This document shows positions 1 to 9,465 of a stretch of DNA of 64,000 nucleotides, piece after piece (positions within the stretch are counted from its first letter, which is position 1; every line of letters begins with the position of its first letter). This DNA comes from an uncultured Caulobacterales bacterium (GTDB lineage Bacteria; Pseudomonadota; Alphaproteobacteria; Caulobacterales; Maricaulaceae), in contig CAZEOD010000005.1 of the NCBI GenBank assembly GCA_964513675.1, forward strand, positions 11,061 through 75,060. The letters run 5' to 3'. The translations under genes were made by a program, and so were the position numbers. Below the pieces are notes generated by a model. It did not search any database and was not told where the DNA came from. It worked only from the letters and a program-made list of their open reading frames with translations.

Positions 1-219
1 CAATTAATGAACGATAATACGCAGATTTTCTCTAAATTATCCGCGCGGGAGCGAGATGTTTGCCGGCATATTCTTCTTGGCAAAGAAGAGAAGGATATCG
101 CTGAAATAATCGGCGTGACAAAAAGCACAATCATTACGCATCGGCGCCGATTTTACGCAAAACTAAATATTGGCTCCAAAACCGAGCTTTTTCAGCTCGC
201 TTTAATGGCGTCATCCTAA
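1..219 (+). CDS. LuxR/GerE-type HTH transcriptional regulator, C-terminal part; the frame is open to the window edge, so it may be 5'-truncated
   Basis: The translation LSARERDVCRHILLGKEEKDIAEIIGVTKSTIITHRRRFYAKL matches the LuxR C-terminal HTH pattern. There is no stop between nt 1 and the ATG at 7. Confidence 0.7.
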   Translation, partial: QLMNDNTQIFSKLSARERDVCRHILLGKEEKDIAEIIGVTKSTIITHRRRFYAKLNIGSKTELFQLALMASS

Positions 220-239
220 GGCACAGCCCTCAAAGCGAC

Positions 240-1655
240 TTAATCAGGCTTACGCCCAAGCGTCAGAATTAAAAGCGCAAGGCCCCATGATCCCCATTTC
301 TCAATTATATCAGCAAGCGGCCCCGCAAGGTTTGCACAGCTAACGGAGATAAAAAACCCAGCTATAATCGCGGTCAGCATAAAGCCGCCACGTACGCGCC
401 AGCCCAGACATTTGGTTAAAATACTCGGTCCGAAAGCCGCTCCCAAAGCAACCCAGCTAAAGAGCACACGGCTAAAAATATCCTTCGGAAGATAAAGCGT
501 CATCAAGACGGCCAAAACGGCAATCCCAACCATCGCCATACGCCCAAAGAGTAAAGCCCGCTGCGGCGTTCTATAACGAAAGCCAATATCATGTGACACC
601 GCTGAGGCGGCCGCGAGCAGCAAACTATCTACAGTTGACATCACAGCCGATAAAACCGCCGCAATCACAACACCGGCGACGACGGCCGGCAAATAGGCCT
701 CTGCGGCGGCAAAAAATAGGCTCTCTCCGCCCGTATCTAATTCCATTGCCCGCGCGGCAAAAGCCAGAACAATAAGGCCCGAATAAATAACCAGCCCCCA
801 GCCTATTGTAATCGCTGCGCCCTTGCGGCGCTCAGCCTGAGATTTAACCGCCATAATCCTGTTCAAAAGCTGCGGCTGCCCCAATGCGCCAAGCCCCGTC
901 CCGAATAATCCCATCGCCGCGCCCATACCGGCCATGCCCACGGCTTCACCCGTAAAGCTGAAAAAGCTCTGCGGTTCATTTACATGAAGCGTCCCCATAA
1001 CTGCCCCCATACCGCCGACCGCGTTAAGCGCAGCTAGCGGAACCAGCACACAGGCGAGCATCATGACCAAAGCCTGAAAGGCATCGGTGATGCTCGCAGC
1101 CCAAAACCCGCCCAGCAAACAATAAGCCACAATGATCGCCGCGCCGATTAATACGGATTCAGCCAAACCGAGGCCAAAAATTTCGGTCAATGCATTTCCC
1201 GCCGCTTGGAATTGTGAGCTTATGTAAAAGACAAAGCAAAATAAAATCATCGCCGCGCAAATAATACCAATTTTACGCCGCCATTTCACCTCAACATCTG
1301 CCGTTATAAAATCAATAATCGTTATATGGCCTTTGGCGGCCGTTTCGGCATTTAATTTAGGCCCCATCACAAGCCACGTCATCAGATAGCCGCCAAAAAT
1401 ACCGGGCACAAGCCAAAGGCCAACAACGCCTTGACTAAAGACAATACCGGTAAAGCCAAGTAAAACCCACGCAGAGCTCGTAGACGCGGCATAAGACAGC
1501 CCCGCCGTCCACGCGCCAAGCCCGCTACCTTCGCCATGTCCGGCAAGGAAAAAATCTTCATCCGTTTTAACACGCCGCGAGGCCCAAAACCCCACGCTTA
1601 ATAATATGATTTTATAGGCAATCAGGGTCACTAAAACGATTGTTGTGGATGACAT
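240..1655 (-). CDS. Sodium:solute symporter (SSS family, PutP/PanF-like)
   Basis: 471-aa polytopic membrane protein. It has the SSS-type stretch LLGGFWAASITDAFQALVM and an FFLAG motif near the N-terminus. Confidence 0.8.
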   Translation of the reverse strand: MSSTTIVLVTLIAYKIILLSVGFWASRRVKTDEDFFLAGHGEGSGLGAWTAGLSYAASTSSAWVLLGFTGIVFSQGVVGLWLVPGIFGGYLMTWLVMGPKLNAETAAKGHITIIDFITADVEVKWRRKIGIICAAMILFCFVFYISSQFQAAGNALTEIFGLGLAESVLIGAAIIVAYCLLGGFWAASITDAFQALVMMLACVLVPLAALNAVGGMGAVMGTLHVNEPQSFFSFTGEAVGMAGMGAAMGLFGTGLGALGQPQLLNRIMAVKSQAERRKGAAITIGWGLVIYSGLIVLAFAARAMELDTGGESLFFAAAEAYLPAVVAGVVIAAVLSAVMSTVDSLLLAAASAVSHDIGFRYRTPQRALLFGRMAMVGIAVLAVLMTLYLPKDIFSRVLFSWVALGAAFGPSILTKCLGWRVRGGFMLTAIIAGFFISVSCANLAGPLADIIEKWGSWGLALLILTLGRKPD

Positions 1656-1754
1656 ATGGTCTCTTTATTTTAACATTCAAACCCTAGGAAAAGCCGTCCC
1701 GCGCCGTTCATGATATGGCCTAGGCTCTCTCGCCATTAATTTAATCAAAGGCCG

Positions 1755-3185
1755 CTAATCCAAGGCCGCCAAAACTGCCGCCGTAAATTTCGGGCCGTCG
1801 AAATAATTTGCGCGGTAATCATATCCGCGCCGGACGATTACAATATCGCGGCTAGGGATAATGATAATAAATTGCCCACGATTACCCAAGGCCGCATAAG
1901 TGTCATTGGGCACACCCGGATAATTTTTATAAAGCCAAAACTGCGCGCCGTAACCGCGCCCTGGGGCCTCGGGATTACGCTCATAATTATCAGGTTGATC
2001 GCTAGCCGGCTCTGCGACATAATCGGCCCAATTTTCAGGCAAAATTTGCTCACCATCCCATGCCCCGTCATTTAAATAAAGCTGCCCGAGGCGCGCTAAA
2101 TCTCGCGCTGTTGTCCAAACCTGCGAGGACAAAACAAAGTCTCCATTCCAGTCCATCTCTGGAAAAGTGTGAAACATGCCAATTTTATGCAGCAGGTTTT
2201 TAAACGGATATTCCCAATAGCGTTTATCATGCCCCATGCGCTCTCTTAGGCTTCGCATGGCCAGCATGGTATCATTATTCGCATAGTTCCAGCGCTCCCC
2301 CGGCGGAGCTTCAAGCGGATTGCGCGCTGCATTTTGAGCAATAATTCCGCCGCCGAAATAAACTTGATCCGTACGGTTACCCGCAATCGGCGTATGCAGG
2401 CCGCTATTCATATGAAGCAGGTTTTCAACCGTAATCGCCTGACGGGGATCTCCGCGCCGTGACCATGCGGTCAGATTTGCCGGCTCCTTCACATCAATTA
2501 AATCATCTTTCACAGCTGCGCCAATAATACTGACGGCAATGGATTTCGCGACAGACCATGTGCGCTGCGATGTGAATTTTGTATGCCCATGTTTATAGCG
2601 CTCACGGAGGAGTTGTCCGTTTTTCACAACAATAACAGCCGATGTGCGGCCCATGAACTCGCCGCTAAATGCGGCATCTATCGCGGCGTCTAATGCGGCA
2701 GCCTTGTCGCTTGCGAGCGCTGGATTATCCGGTAATTTATCACCATTAGGCCACAGAACATCAGACATATCCGGGCGGTCTGTTTTCAAAGAAAGGCGCG
2801 GAATTTCTTTGATAAAACTTTCATCTGCAGCTTGCGGTAAAGACGTACAGCCTAAATGTGGCCGCCAAACCGAGAGGCGCGGCGGCATATCTGGCGCAAA
2901 ACTTACGGAAACCTGCTTGGATTTTCGGTCAATTTTGGCCTCGCCGACATCATCCAAAAGCGGCTCAAACCCGGGGTAAATATATTTAAGCTCATCAATA
3001 AGAATATCGTCTTGCGCTTTACCGCCATTGAAAATAGCCGAACATGTAAACATCGCCTTATAGCCCGCCGCCAAAGATAAAGCCTGACGTGTTGGCGGGT
3101 TATTATCTTGGGCCGAAATTGGCGTTGGATTAGACGCCATCAGGCCAATGGCCAAAGCCGTGCCCGTAATGAATTTATATCTCAT
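1755..3185 (-). CDS. Secreted serine hydrolase, beta-lactamase/PBP family
   Basis: Signal peptide MRYKFITGTALAIGLMASNPTPISAQ and an S-x-x-K motif (SVAKS). Start placed at the internal ATG at 3185 rather than the ORF-track start at 3206. Confidence 0.75.
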   Translation of the reverse strand: MRYKFITGTALAIGLMASNPTPISAQDNNPPTRQALSLAAGYKAMFTCSAIFNGGKAQDDILIDELKYIYPGFEPLLDDVGEAKIDRKSKQVSVSFAPDMPPRLSVWRPHLGCTSLPQAADESFIKEIPRLSLKTDRPDMSDVLWPNGDKLPDNPALASDKAAALDAAIDAAFSGEFMGRTSAVIVVKNGQLLRERYKHGHTKFTSQRTWSVAKSIAVSIIGAAVKDDLIDVKEPANLTAWSRRGDPRQAITVENLLHMNSGLHTPIAGNRTDQVYFGGGIIAQNAARNPLEAPPGERWNYANNDTMLAMRSLRERMGHDKRYWEYPFKNLLHKIGMFHTFPEMDWNGDFVLSSQVWTTARDLARLGQLYLNDGAWDGEQILPENWADYVAEPASDQPDNYERNPEAPGRGYGAQFWLYKNYPGVPNDTYAALGNRGQFIIIIPSRDIVIVRRGYDYRANYFDGPKFTAAVLAALD

Positions 3186-3510
3186 ATCGTCACCCTTAAT
3201 TATCACCCACGAAACGCTTCATGAAGCCCCAGCGGTAAAGCCGCAAAAAGCGACCCCGCCCATAAGCATCATCTATATTGTCTTGCCTTATTTCCCGTAC
3301 AAAAAAAAGGCATAAGTTAAGCTTGTAAATTGAGAATGATTTAACCCTTATAACGAGCTTGATAGCGCCTGCCGCCTCGGCCTCGGCAGCGCTAGACTTT
3401 GCTGAATTTAAGCACTCAGCCTCGATGCTAAGCGGTAAAGCGGCAAGGCCATAAAGCTTTAGCGTTAATCTTTACTTGTATTTAGGCGCACTTCGGCTTA
3501 CTTCGCCTGA

Positions 3511-4365
3511 ATGAAAAAAAATGCTTCTACGGCCTTTGAACATGTAAGTGGTCTTGGGCCTATTTCAGATGATTACGACGCTTTATTTTGCGACATTTGG
3601 GGCGTAATCCATAATGGGCGCGTGCCGTTCCACGAAGCCTGTGATGCGCTTGAGCGCTTTCGCCAAGAACGCGGCCCTGTTATCCTAATTTCTAATTCCC
3701 CGCGCCCCTCTGTGGCTATTCCCGCACAGTTTAGAGATATTGGCGTTCCCGGTGAGTTGTGGGACGCGATTGTGACCTCTGGCGATGCGACCATAGACGA
3801 GCTTGCACGCCGCGCGCCCGGCCCCGCCTTTAAGCTCGGGCCAGAGCGTGATGATGCGCTATATGACGGCCTTGAGTTACATTTCAGCGATCTGGATGAC
3901 GCCGCCTTTATCTCTTGTACGGGACTTTTCGAAGACGACCATGAGACGCCCGATGATTATACCGACCTTTTAACACAAGCCCGCGAACATGGCTTACCGT
4001 TGATTTGCGCCAATCCCGACATCAAAGTTCGTCGCGGCGATCAAGAAATTTACTGCGGCGGAGCATTGGCGCAAAAATACGAAGATATGGGCGGGGAGGT
4101 CATTTACGCAGGTAAACCGCATAAGCCGATTTACCGCCTTTGCCGCGCATGGCTGCTCAATATTATGGGGTATGACATACCGCAAGACCGCATTTTATGT
4201 ATTGGCGATAATGTCCATACAGACCTCGCAGGCGCGCAGAACGAAGATTATGATTGCTTTTTCATTCAAGACGGTCTTCACGGCCCAATGACATATGCTT
4301 TCACAAATTTGTTGAAACAACATAATATTTCCGCAAGGTATCTAGCAGACCGCCTACGTTGGTAA
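3511..4365 (+). CDS. HAD-superfamily subfamily IIA hydrolase (TIGR01459-like)
   Basis: An N-terminal CDIWGVIHNG variant of the DxDG motif, ISNSPR, and a C-terminal GDNVHTDLAGA. The HAD-maoC-ribF arrangement is conserved in alphaproteobacteria. Confidence 0.75.
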   Translation: MKKNASTAFEHVSGLGPISDDYDALFCDIWGVIHNGRVPFHEACDALERFRQERGPVILISNSPRPSVAIPAQFRDIGVPGELWDAIVTSGDATIDELARRAPGPAFKLGPERDDALYDGLELHFSDLDDAAFISCTGLFEDDHETPDDYTDLLTQAREHGLPLICANPDIKVRRGDQEIYCGGALAQKYEDMGGEVIYAGKPHKPIYRLCRAWLLNIMGYDIPQDRILCIGDNVHTDLAGAQNEDYDCFFIQDGLHGPMTYAFTNLLKQHNISARYLADRLRW

Positions 4366-4378
4366 TAAAGGGGACCCA

Positions 4379-4813
4379 ATGACTGATAATGTAAAATTCT
4401 ATCTCGAAGACCTAGAGGTCGGGATGCGCGCCAGCACAAGCATGGTCATAACGGGTGAGAAAATAGATATTTTCGCCGAGCTGACGGGGGATAAAAACCC
4501 GATACATGTCGATGAAGACTTTGCCAAAACGACTATGTTTGGCAAACGAATTGCCCATGGTGCGCTTTCAGCTTCTTTAATTTCTGCTGTTCTTGGCAAT
4601 GACCTCCCCGGGCCCGGTGCTGTCTTTGTCGAGCTTAACCTTCGCTTTCGCCGCCCGGCCTTTATTGGTGATGAAGTCATTGCCATTGCCGAAGTCGCAG
4701 AGATTAATGAGCGTAATGGCCGCGTGAAAATGAAATGTTATTGCGAAGTCAATGGCAAACAAATCTGCCGCGGCGACGCCGGTGTTATGGTTAAAAAGCG
4801 CCCCGCCGAATAA
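4379..4813 (+). CDS. MaoC-like (R)-specific enoyl-CoA hydratase/dehydratase domain protein
   Basis: Hot-dog fold hydratase motif GDKNPIHVDEDFA...IAHG. Confidence 0.8.
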   Translation: MTDNVKFYLEDLEVGMRASTSMVITGEKIDIFAELTGDKNPIHVDEDFAKTTMFGKRIAHGALSASLISAVLGNDLPGPGAVFVELNLRFRRPAFIGDEVIAIAEVAEINERNGRVKMKCYCEVNGKQICRGDAGVMVKKRPAE

Positions 4814-4828
4814 CCCTATCCTTCCCCC

Positions 4829-5776
4829 ATGAAAACGCTCACCCAATATAATAATCTGGCGGCGTGCGATAAAGGCGCTGTCATTGCCCTTGGTAATTTC
4901 GACGGCCTGCACCGTGGTCACCAAGCGGTTATTGATGAGGCGCGTAAAATTGCCAAAAGCCTGAACACCCTGCTTGGCATTGGCGTTTTCCGCCCTCATC
5001 CTTACCGGTTTTTCAAACCCGATGCCGCGCCATTCCGCCTCATGACGGCCGAGCTTCGCGCCGAAGTTATGGCAGAGCTTGGGATCGATCGGCTGTATGA
5101 AATCCCCTTTGATACAAATTTACGCGATATGGATGATACGCAATTTGTTGAGCACGTCCTCCATCAAGGACTTGGTATTCGCCATGTTATTGTCGGCGAG
5201 GATTACGGCTTTGGCAAAAACCGTTGCGGTGATGTTCAAAGCCTGACGCGGCTTTGCGGGGAGCGCGGTATTGGCGTCACAGCCATGACCCCGATTGGCC
5301 TGCATAAGCTTTACGGCAAATATGGCTCCACCGAGATCCGCAAAGCGCTGCGGGACGGCGATGTGTTTTTGGCCGCACATCAGCTTTCTCGTCCGTGGCA
5401 AGTCAATGGCCCTGTCCAAAAAGGGCAGCAGCGTGGCCGCACGATTAACTTCCCAACGGCAAACCTCGAGTTTGGCGACCTCGTTCGGCCCAAATTCGGC
5501 GTCTATGCTGTAGAGGTCCGCATTGAAGGCGAAACGGGCTGGCGTTACGGCGTGGCCAATACGGGTAACCGCCCCACAGTCGGCGGCGAAGATGCCCGCC
5601 TAGAAGTCAACATCTTCGACTTTAATCAAGACATTTACGGCCAACGCCTTGATGTCCGCTTTCGCAGCTTTATCCGCGCAGAAAAGAAATTTGAAAGCTT
5701 CGATGCCCTTCGCGGCCAAATCATCCGCGATGCCCAAAGTGCGCGGGTTATTTTTGGGCAGACAAACTCCCCTTAG
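4829..5776 (+). CDS. ribF: Bifunctional riboflavin kinase / FMN adenylyltransferase
   Basis: GNFDGLHRGHQ nucleotidyltransferase motif and GRTINFPTANL riboflavin kinase motif. Confidence 0.95.
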   Translation: MKTLTQYNNLAACDKGAVIALGNFDGLHRGHQAVIDEARKIAKSLNTLLGIGVFRPHPYRFFKPDAAPFRLMTAELRAEVMAELGIDRLYEIPFDTNLRDMDDTQFVEHVLHQGLGIRHVIVGEDYGFGKNRCGDVQSLTRLCGERGIGVTAMTPIGLHKLYGKYGSTEIRKALRDGDVFLAAHQLSRPWQVNGPVQKGQQRGRTINFPTANLEFGDLVRPKFGVYAVEVRIEGETGWRYGVANTGNRPTVGGEDARLEVNIFDFNQDIYGQRLDVRFRSFIRAEKKFESFDALRGQIIRDAQSARVIFGQTNSP

Positions 5777-5830
5777 CCGCACATAGCTAAACAGCTTTTT
5801 TCTGCAAATATTTATATGAACTATCCATAA

Positions 5831-5858
5831 AAAAACGCGCCTTAAAAAGCGCGTTTTT
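5831..5858. terminator. Bidirectional Rho-independent terminator between the convergent ribF and acnA
   Basis: AAAAACGCGC / GCGCGTTTTT form a perfect 10-bp stem with an 8-nt loop. The flanking A-run and T-run give a U-tract on either strand. Confidence 0.8.
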
Positions 5859-5887
5859 AAACTTAATGAACTTAAGACCGGCGCGGC

Positions 5888-8566
5888 TTAAGCAGCCGTT
5901 GCGAGATTCCGCAGCACGTAATGTAGAATACCGCCATGTTTGTAATATTCATGTTCGTTATCTGTGTCGATGCGCACTTTAACGGTGGCAATTTTAACAG
6001 ATCCATCTGGGAATTTAATTTCAACATCCAGCTCACCGCGCGGCTTAAGCCCGGCAATCCCTTTAATGCTAACCGTCTCAGAGCCGTCCATGCCAAAAGC
6101 TTTCCAGCCGTCGCCATTTTGGAACTCTAGCGGCAAGACGCCCATACCGATCAAGTTAGAGCGGTGAATACGCTCAAAACTATCGGCAATAACGGCTTTC
6201 ACGCCCAGCAATACTGTGCCCTTAGCCGCCCAATCGCGCGATGACCCATTGCCGTAAAGCGAGCCTGCAAAGACGACAAGGTCACGATCATCCGCCGCAT
6301 ATTTTTCAGCTGCGTCAAAGATCGACATGACATCACCTGTTGGAATATATTTCGTGAGGCCGCCTTCTGTACCCGGAACCATTTGATTCTTAATACGAAT
6401 ATTCGCAAATGTGCCGCGCATCATGACTTCATGATTACCTCGGCGAGAGCCAAAGGAATTAAACTCAGGCTTCGGTACACCGTGGGCAGAAAGATAATCC
6501 CCCGCAGGGCCATCATGTTTAATCGCGCCCGCTGGCGAGATATGGTCTGTCGTGATCGAGTCCCCCAAAAGCGCGAGGATATTCGCAGATTTCACATCTT
6601 CAATCACATCCGGCGTAGTGGTCATGCCGTCAAAATAAGGCGGGTTGCGCACATATGTCGACTTCGGGTTCCAGCCATAGGTCTTGCCGCCTTCGACTTT
6701 GATATCTTGCCATTGCGCGTCGCCTTTAAACACGTCAGCATAGCGGTCCGAGAACATTTTACGGTTGATGATTTTGCGAACAACATCGGCAATTTCTTTA
6801 GATGTTGGCCAAATGTCTTTCAGGAACACGGCCTTACCCTCGGCGTCAACACCAAGCGGATCAACATCAAAATCATGATGCATAGACCCAGCCAGCGCAT
6901 AAGCGACAACAAGAGGCGGTGACGCCAAGAAATTCGCTTTAATATCGGGGCCAATCCGGCCTTCAAAATTTCGGTTACCGGATAAAACGGAACAAGACAC
7001 AAGGTCACCCGTCTCGATCGCCTCTGCGAGTGCAGGGGCGAGCGGGCCTGAATTACCAATACAGGTCGTACAGCCGTAACCGACAACGTCAAATCCAAGA
7101 CCGTCAAGCTCGTCTTGCAAGCCTGATTTTTCCAAATATTCACCCACAACTTGTGAGCCCGGCGCGAGGGAAGTTTTTACCCACGGCTTTACATTTAATC
7201 CGCGTGCGCGCGCTTTTTGCGCAACAAGTCCCGCCGCCATCATAACTGATGGGTTTGATGTATTGGTACATGACGTGATCGCCGCAATGAAGACATCGCC
7301 GTGATCCACAGAATAATCTTCGCCCTTAACAGCAATCGCAGAGCCGTCTTCAGGCGTTTTCTTATACTCATCACGTAGAATTTTAGCAAAATGAACATTG
7401 GCACCACTAAGGTCAAAACGGTCTTGCGGACGTTTCGGACCGGAAATCGCAGGGCGAATAGAGGCCATCTCAAGCGCTAATGTATCCGTATATTCACAGC
7501 TCGTTTCATCGCGCCAGAAACCTTGCGCCTTGGCATAAGCCTCAACCAATTCAATGCGCTGTGTATCGCGGCCTGTGACTTCAAGGTAACGCAGGGTATC
7601 GCTATCGACGGGGAAGAACCCGCAGGTCGCGCCATATTCAGGCGCCATATTTGCGAGCGTTGCTTGATCTTCAAGAGACAGATTATCAAGGCCTTCGCCG
7701 TAAAACTCAACGAATTTACCGACAACGCCTTTCGCGCGCAGCATTTCAACCACGCGAAGTACAAGGTCAGTGGCCGTTGCGCCTTCTGGCAATGCGCCTT
7801 TAAGTTCAAACCCAATAACTTCAGGGATCAGCATAGAAATCGGCTGACCGAGCATCGCGGCTTCGGCTTCAATACCGCCAACGCCCCAGCCGAGAACGGA
7901 CAGGCCATTAATCATCGTTGTATGGCTATCGGTTCCGACAAGCGTATCTGGGAAGGCATAGGTCTTACCATCCTCGGTCTTCGTCCATACGGTTTGCGCA
8001 AGATGTTCGAGATTAACCTGATGACAAATACCTGTTCCGGGCGGAACAACGGAGAAATTATCAAAGGCTTCTTGGCCCCATTTCAAGAAGTCATAGCGCT
8101 CGCCATTGCGCTCATATTCGCGCTTAACATTTTTCTTAAACGCATCTTGCGTGCCGTAATAATCCACCATGACAGAATGGTCGATCACAAGATGAACCGG
8201 ATTAAGCGGATTAATCGCGCTGGCCTCTTTGCCTAAATTTTGCATCGCGTCACGCATGGCGGCCAAATCAACGACAGCTGGAACGCCGGTGAAATCCTGC
8301 ATCAAAACCCGCGCTGGGCGATAGGCAATTTCATGTGTGGATGTTTTTGTCTTCAGCCAATCTGCAATCGCTTCGATATCGGCTTTTGTGACCGTATTGC
8401 CATCTTCATGGCGGAGCAAATTTTCAAGCAGGACTTTCAACGAGCGCGGCAGTTTTGAGATGCCCGTCAGGCCGTTACTTTCAGCGACTTTCAGATCGTA
8501 ATAAGTATAGGTTCCGCCGCGAACAGTTAACTCGCGCTCACATTTAAAACTGTCTAAGGATGCCAT
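5888..8566 (-). CDS. acnA: Aconitate hydratase A
   Basis: 892 aa. Fe-S cluster ligand motifs ITSCTNTSNP and GCTTCIGNSG, and full-length aconitase architecture. Confidence 0.97.
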   Translation of the reverse strand: MASLDSFKCERELTVRGGTYTYYDLKVAESNGLTGISKLPRSLKVLLENLLRHEDGNTVTKADIEAIADWLKTKTSTHEIAYRPARVLMQDFTGVPAVVDLAAMRDAMQNLGKEASAINPLNPVHLVIDHSVMVDYYGTQDAFKKNVKREYERNGERYDFLKWGQEAFDNFSVVPPGTGICHQVNLEHLAQTVWTKTEDGKTYAFPDTLVGTDSHTTMINGLSVLGWGVGGIEAEAAMLGQPISMLIPEVIGFELKGALPEGATATDLVLRVVEMLRAKGVVGKFVEFYGEGLDNLSLEDQATLANMAPEYGATCGFFPVDSDTLRYLEVTGRDTQRIELVEAYAKAQGFWRDETSCEYTDTLALEMASIRPAISGPKRPQDRFDLSGANVHFAKILRDEYKKTPEDGSAIAVKGEDYSVDHGDVFIAAITSCTNTSNPSVMMAAGLVAQKARARGLNVKPWVKTSLAPGSQVVGEYLEKSGLQDELDGLGFDVVGYGCTTCIGNSGPLAPALAEAIETGDLVSCSVLSGNRNFEGRIGPDIKANFLASPPLVVAYALAGSMHHDFDVDPLGVDAEGKAVFLKDIWPTSKEIADVVRKIINRKMFSDRYADVFKGDAQWQDIKVEGGKTYGWNPKSTYVRNPPYFDGMTTTPDVIEDVKSANILALLGDSITTDHISPAGAIKHDGPAGDYLSAHGVPKPEFNSFGSRRGNHEVMMRGTFANIRIKNQMVPGTEGGLTKYIPTGDVMSIFDAAEKYAADDRDLVVFAGSLYGNGSSRDWAAKGTVLLGVKAVIADSFERIHRSNLIGMGVLPLEFQNGDGWKAFGMDGSETVSIKGIAGLKPRGELDVEIKFPDGSVKIATVKVRIDTDNEHEYYKHGGILHYVLRNLATAA

Positions 8567-8684
8567 TTGAAACCTCTTTATAATATCATCAAATTTGAGC
8601 TGCTTATATCATCCTGACAGCCGCGTGCAATTCATATTCAAGTGAGTTGGGCGCGAATAACAGGGCCGCGCCGCCGTAACGCGG

Positions 8685-9320
8685 TTATTTTACCGCATCT
8701 TCGCCCTTGATCTTGCCGTTTTTCATGATGAACGGCAGTTGCGTCATCGTGAAAAGAATCGTGAGCGGCAAAAAGCCGAAAACTTTGAATTTGACCCAAA
8801 AATCCTCACCATAAATCCGCCAAACATATTCATTTATCGCGGCGAGTACAAAAAAGAAGATCCCCCACCGAATGGCGAGATTATTCCACGCCTTAATTGG
8901 CATTTCAATCGCCTCGCCCATAATCATCTGGATCACGTTTTTCTTGAAAACAACACCGCCAAGAACGCCGATCCCAAACAGCGCATTAATCACGGTCGGC
9001 TTCATATAAATAAAGCGGGGGTCTTTGAAAACATAAGACAGCCCCGCGCTACCCACGACCAAAAGCGTGGTAAATAAAAGCATCTTCGGGATGGCCCCAT
9101 GCTTAACCGTTGAATAAATCAAGCTTAGCGTCGACAGTCCGCCCAAAATAATCGCGGCTATATAAATCGCCGTCTTCGGATCCGGCAATGTGCGTTTTAA
9201 ATATAAATAGGCGATGAAAAATATAAGCAGCGGACCAAATTCGAGCCACTGTGAGGGTTTCGATTTTGATAGCTTTGCTTGCTGCGTTAAATCGTCTGAG
9301 GGTAATGTCGGCTTTGTCAT
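8685..9320 (-). CDS. yciB: Inner-membrane septation protein A family (YciB/IspZ)
   Basis: Five-TM small membrane protein with EFGPLLIFF near the N-terminus. The start is uncertain (9320, 9329 or 9395). Confidence 0.7.
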   Translation of the reverse strand: MTKPTLPSDDLTQQAKLSKSKPSQWLEFGPLLIFFIAYLYLKRTLPDPKTAIYIAAIILGGLSTLSLIYSTVKHGAIPKMLLFTTLLVVGSAGLSYVFKDPRFIYMKPTVINALFGIGVLGGVVFKKNVIQMIMGEAIEMPIKAWNNLAIRWGIFFFVLAAINEYVWRIYGEDFWVKFKVFGFLPLTILFTMTQLPFIMKNGKIKGEDAVK

Positions 9321-9465
9321 GGCCTGCATGTGCCTTATTCCGGCCGAGCTCGCAAGATGAAAAGGGGGAATATCAAACATCGTGACAGCCGCCATGTCTT
9401 AACTTGCACCGCGCGTAAGCCAGTTGTAACATGCGCCGTAATTAAAAATAACATAAGAGCTTCGC

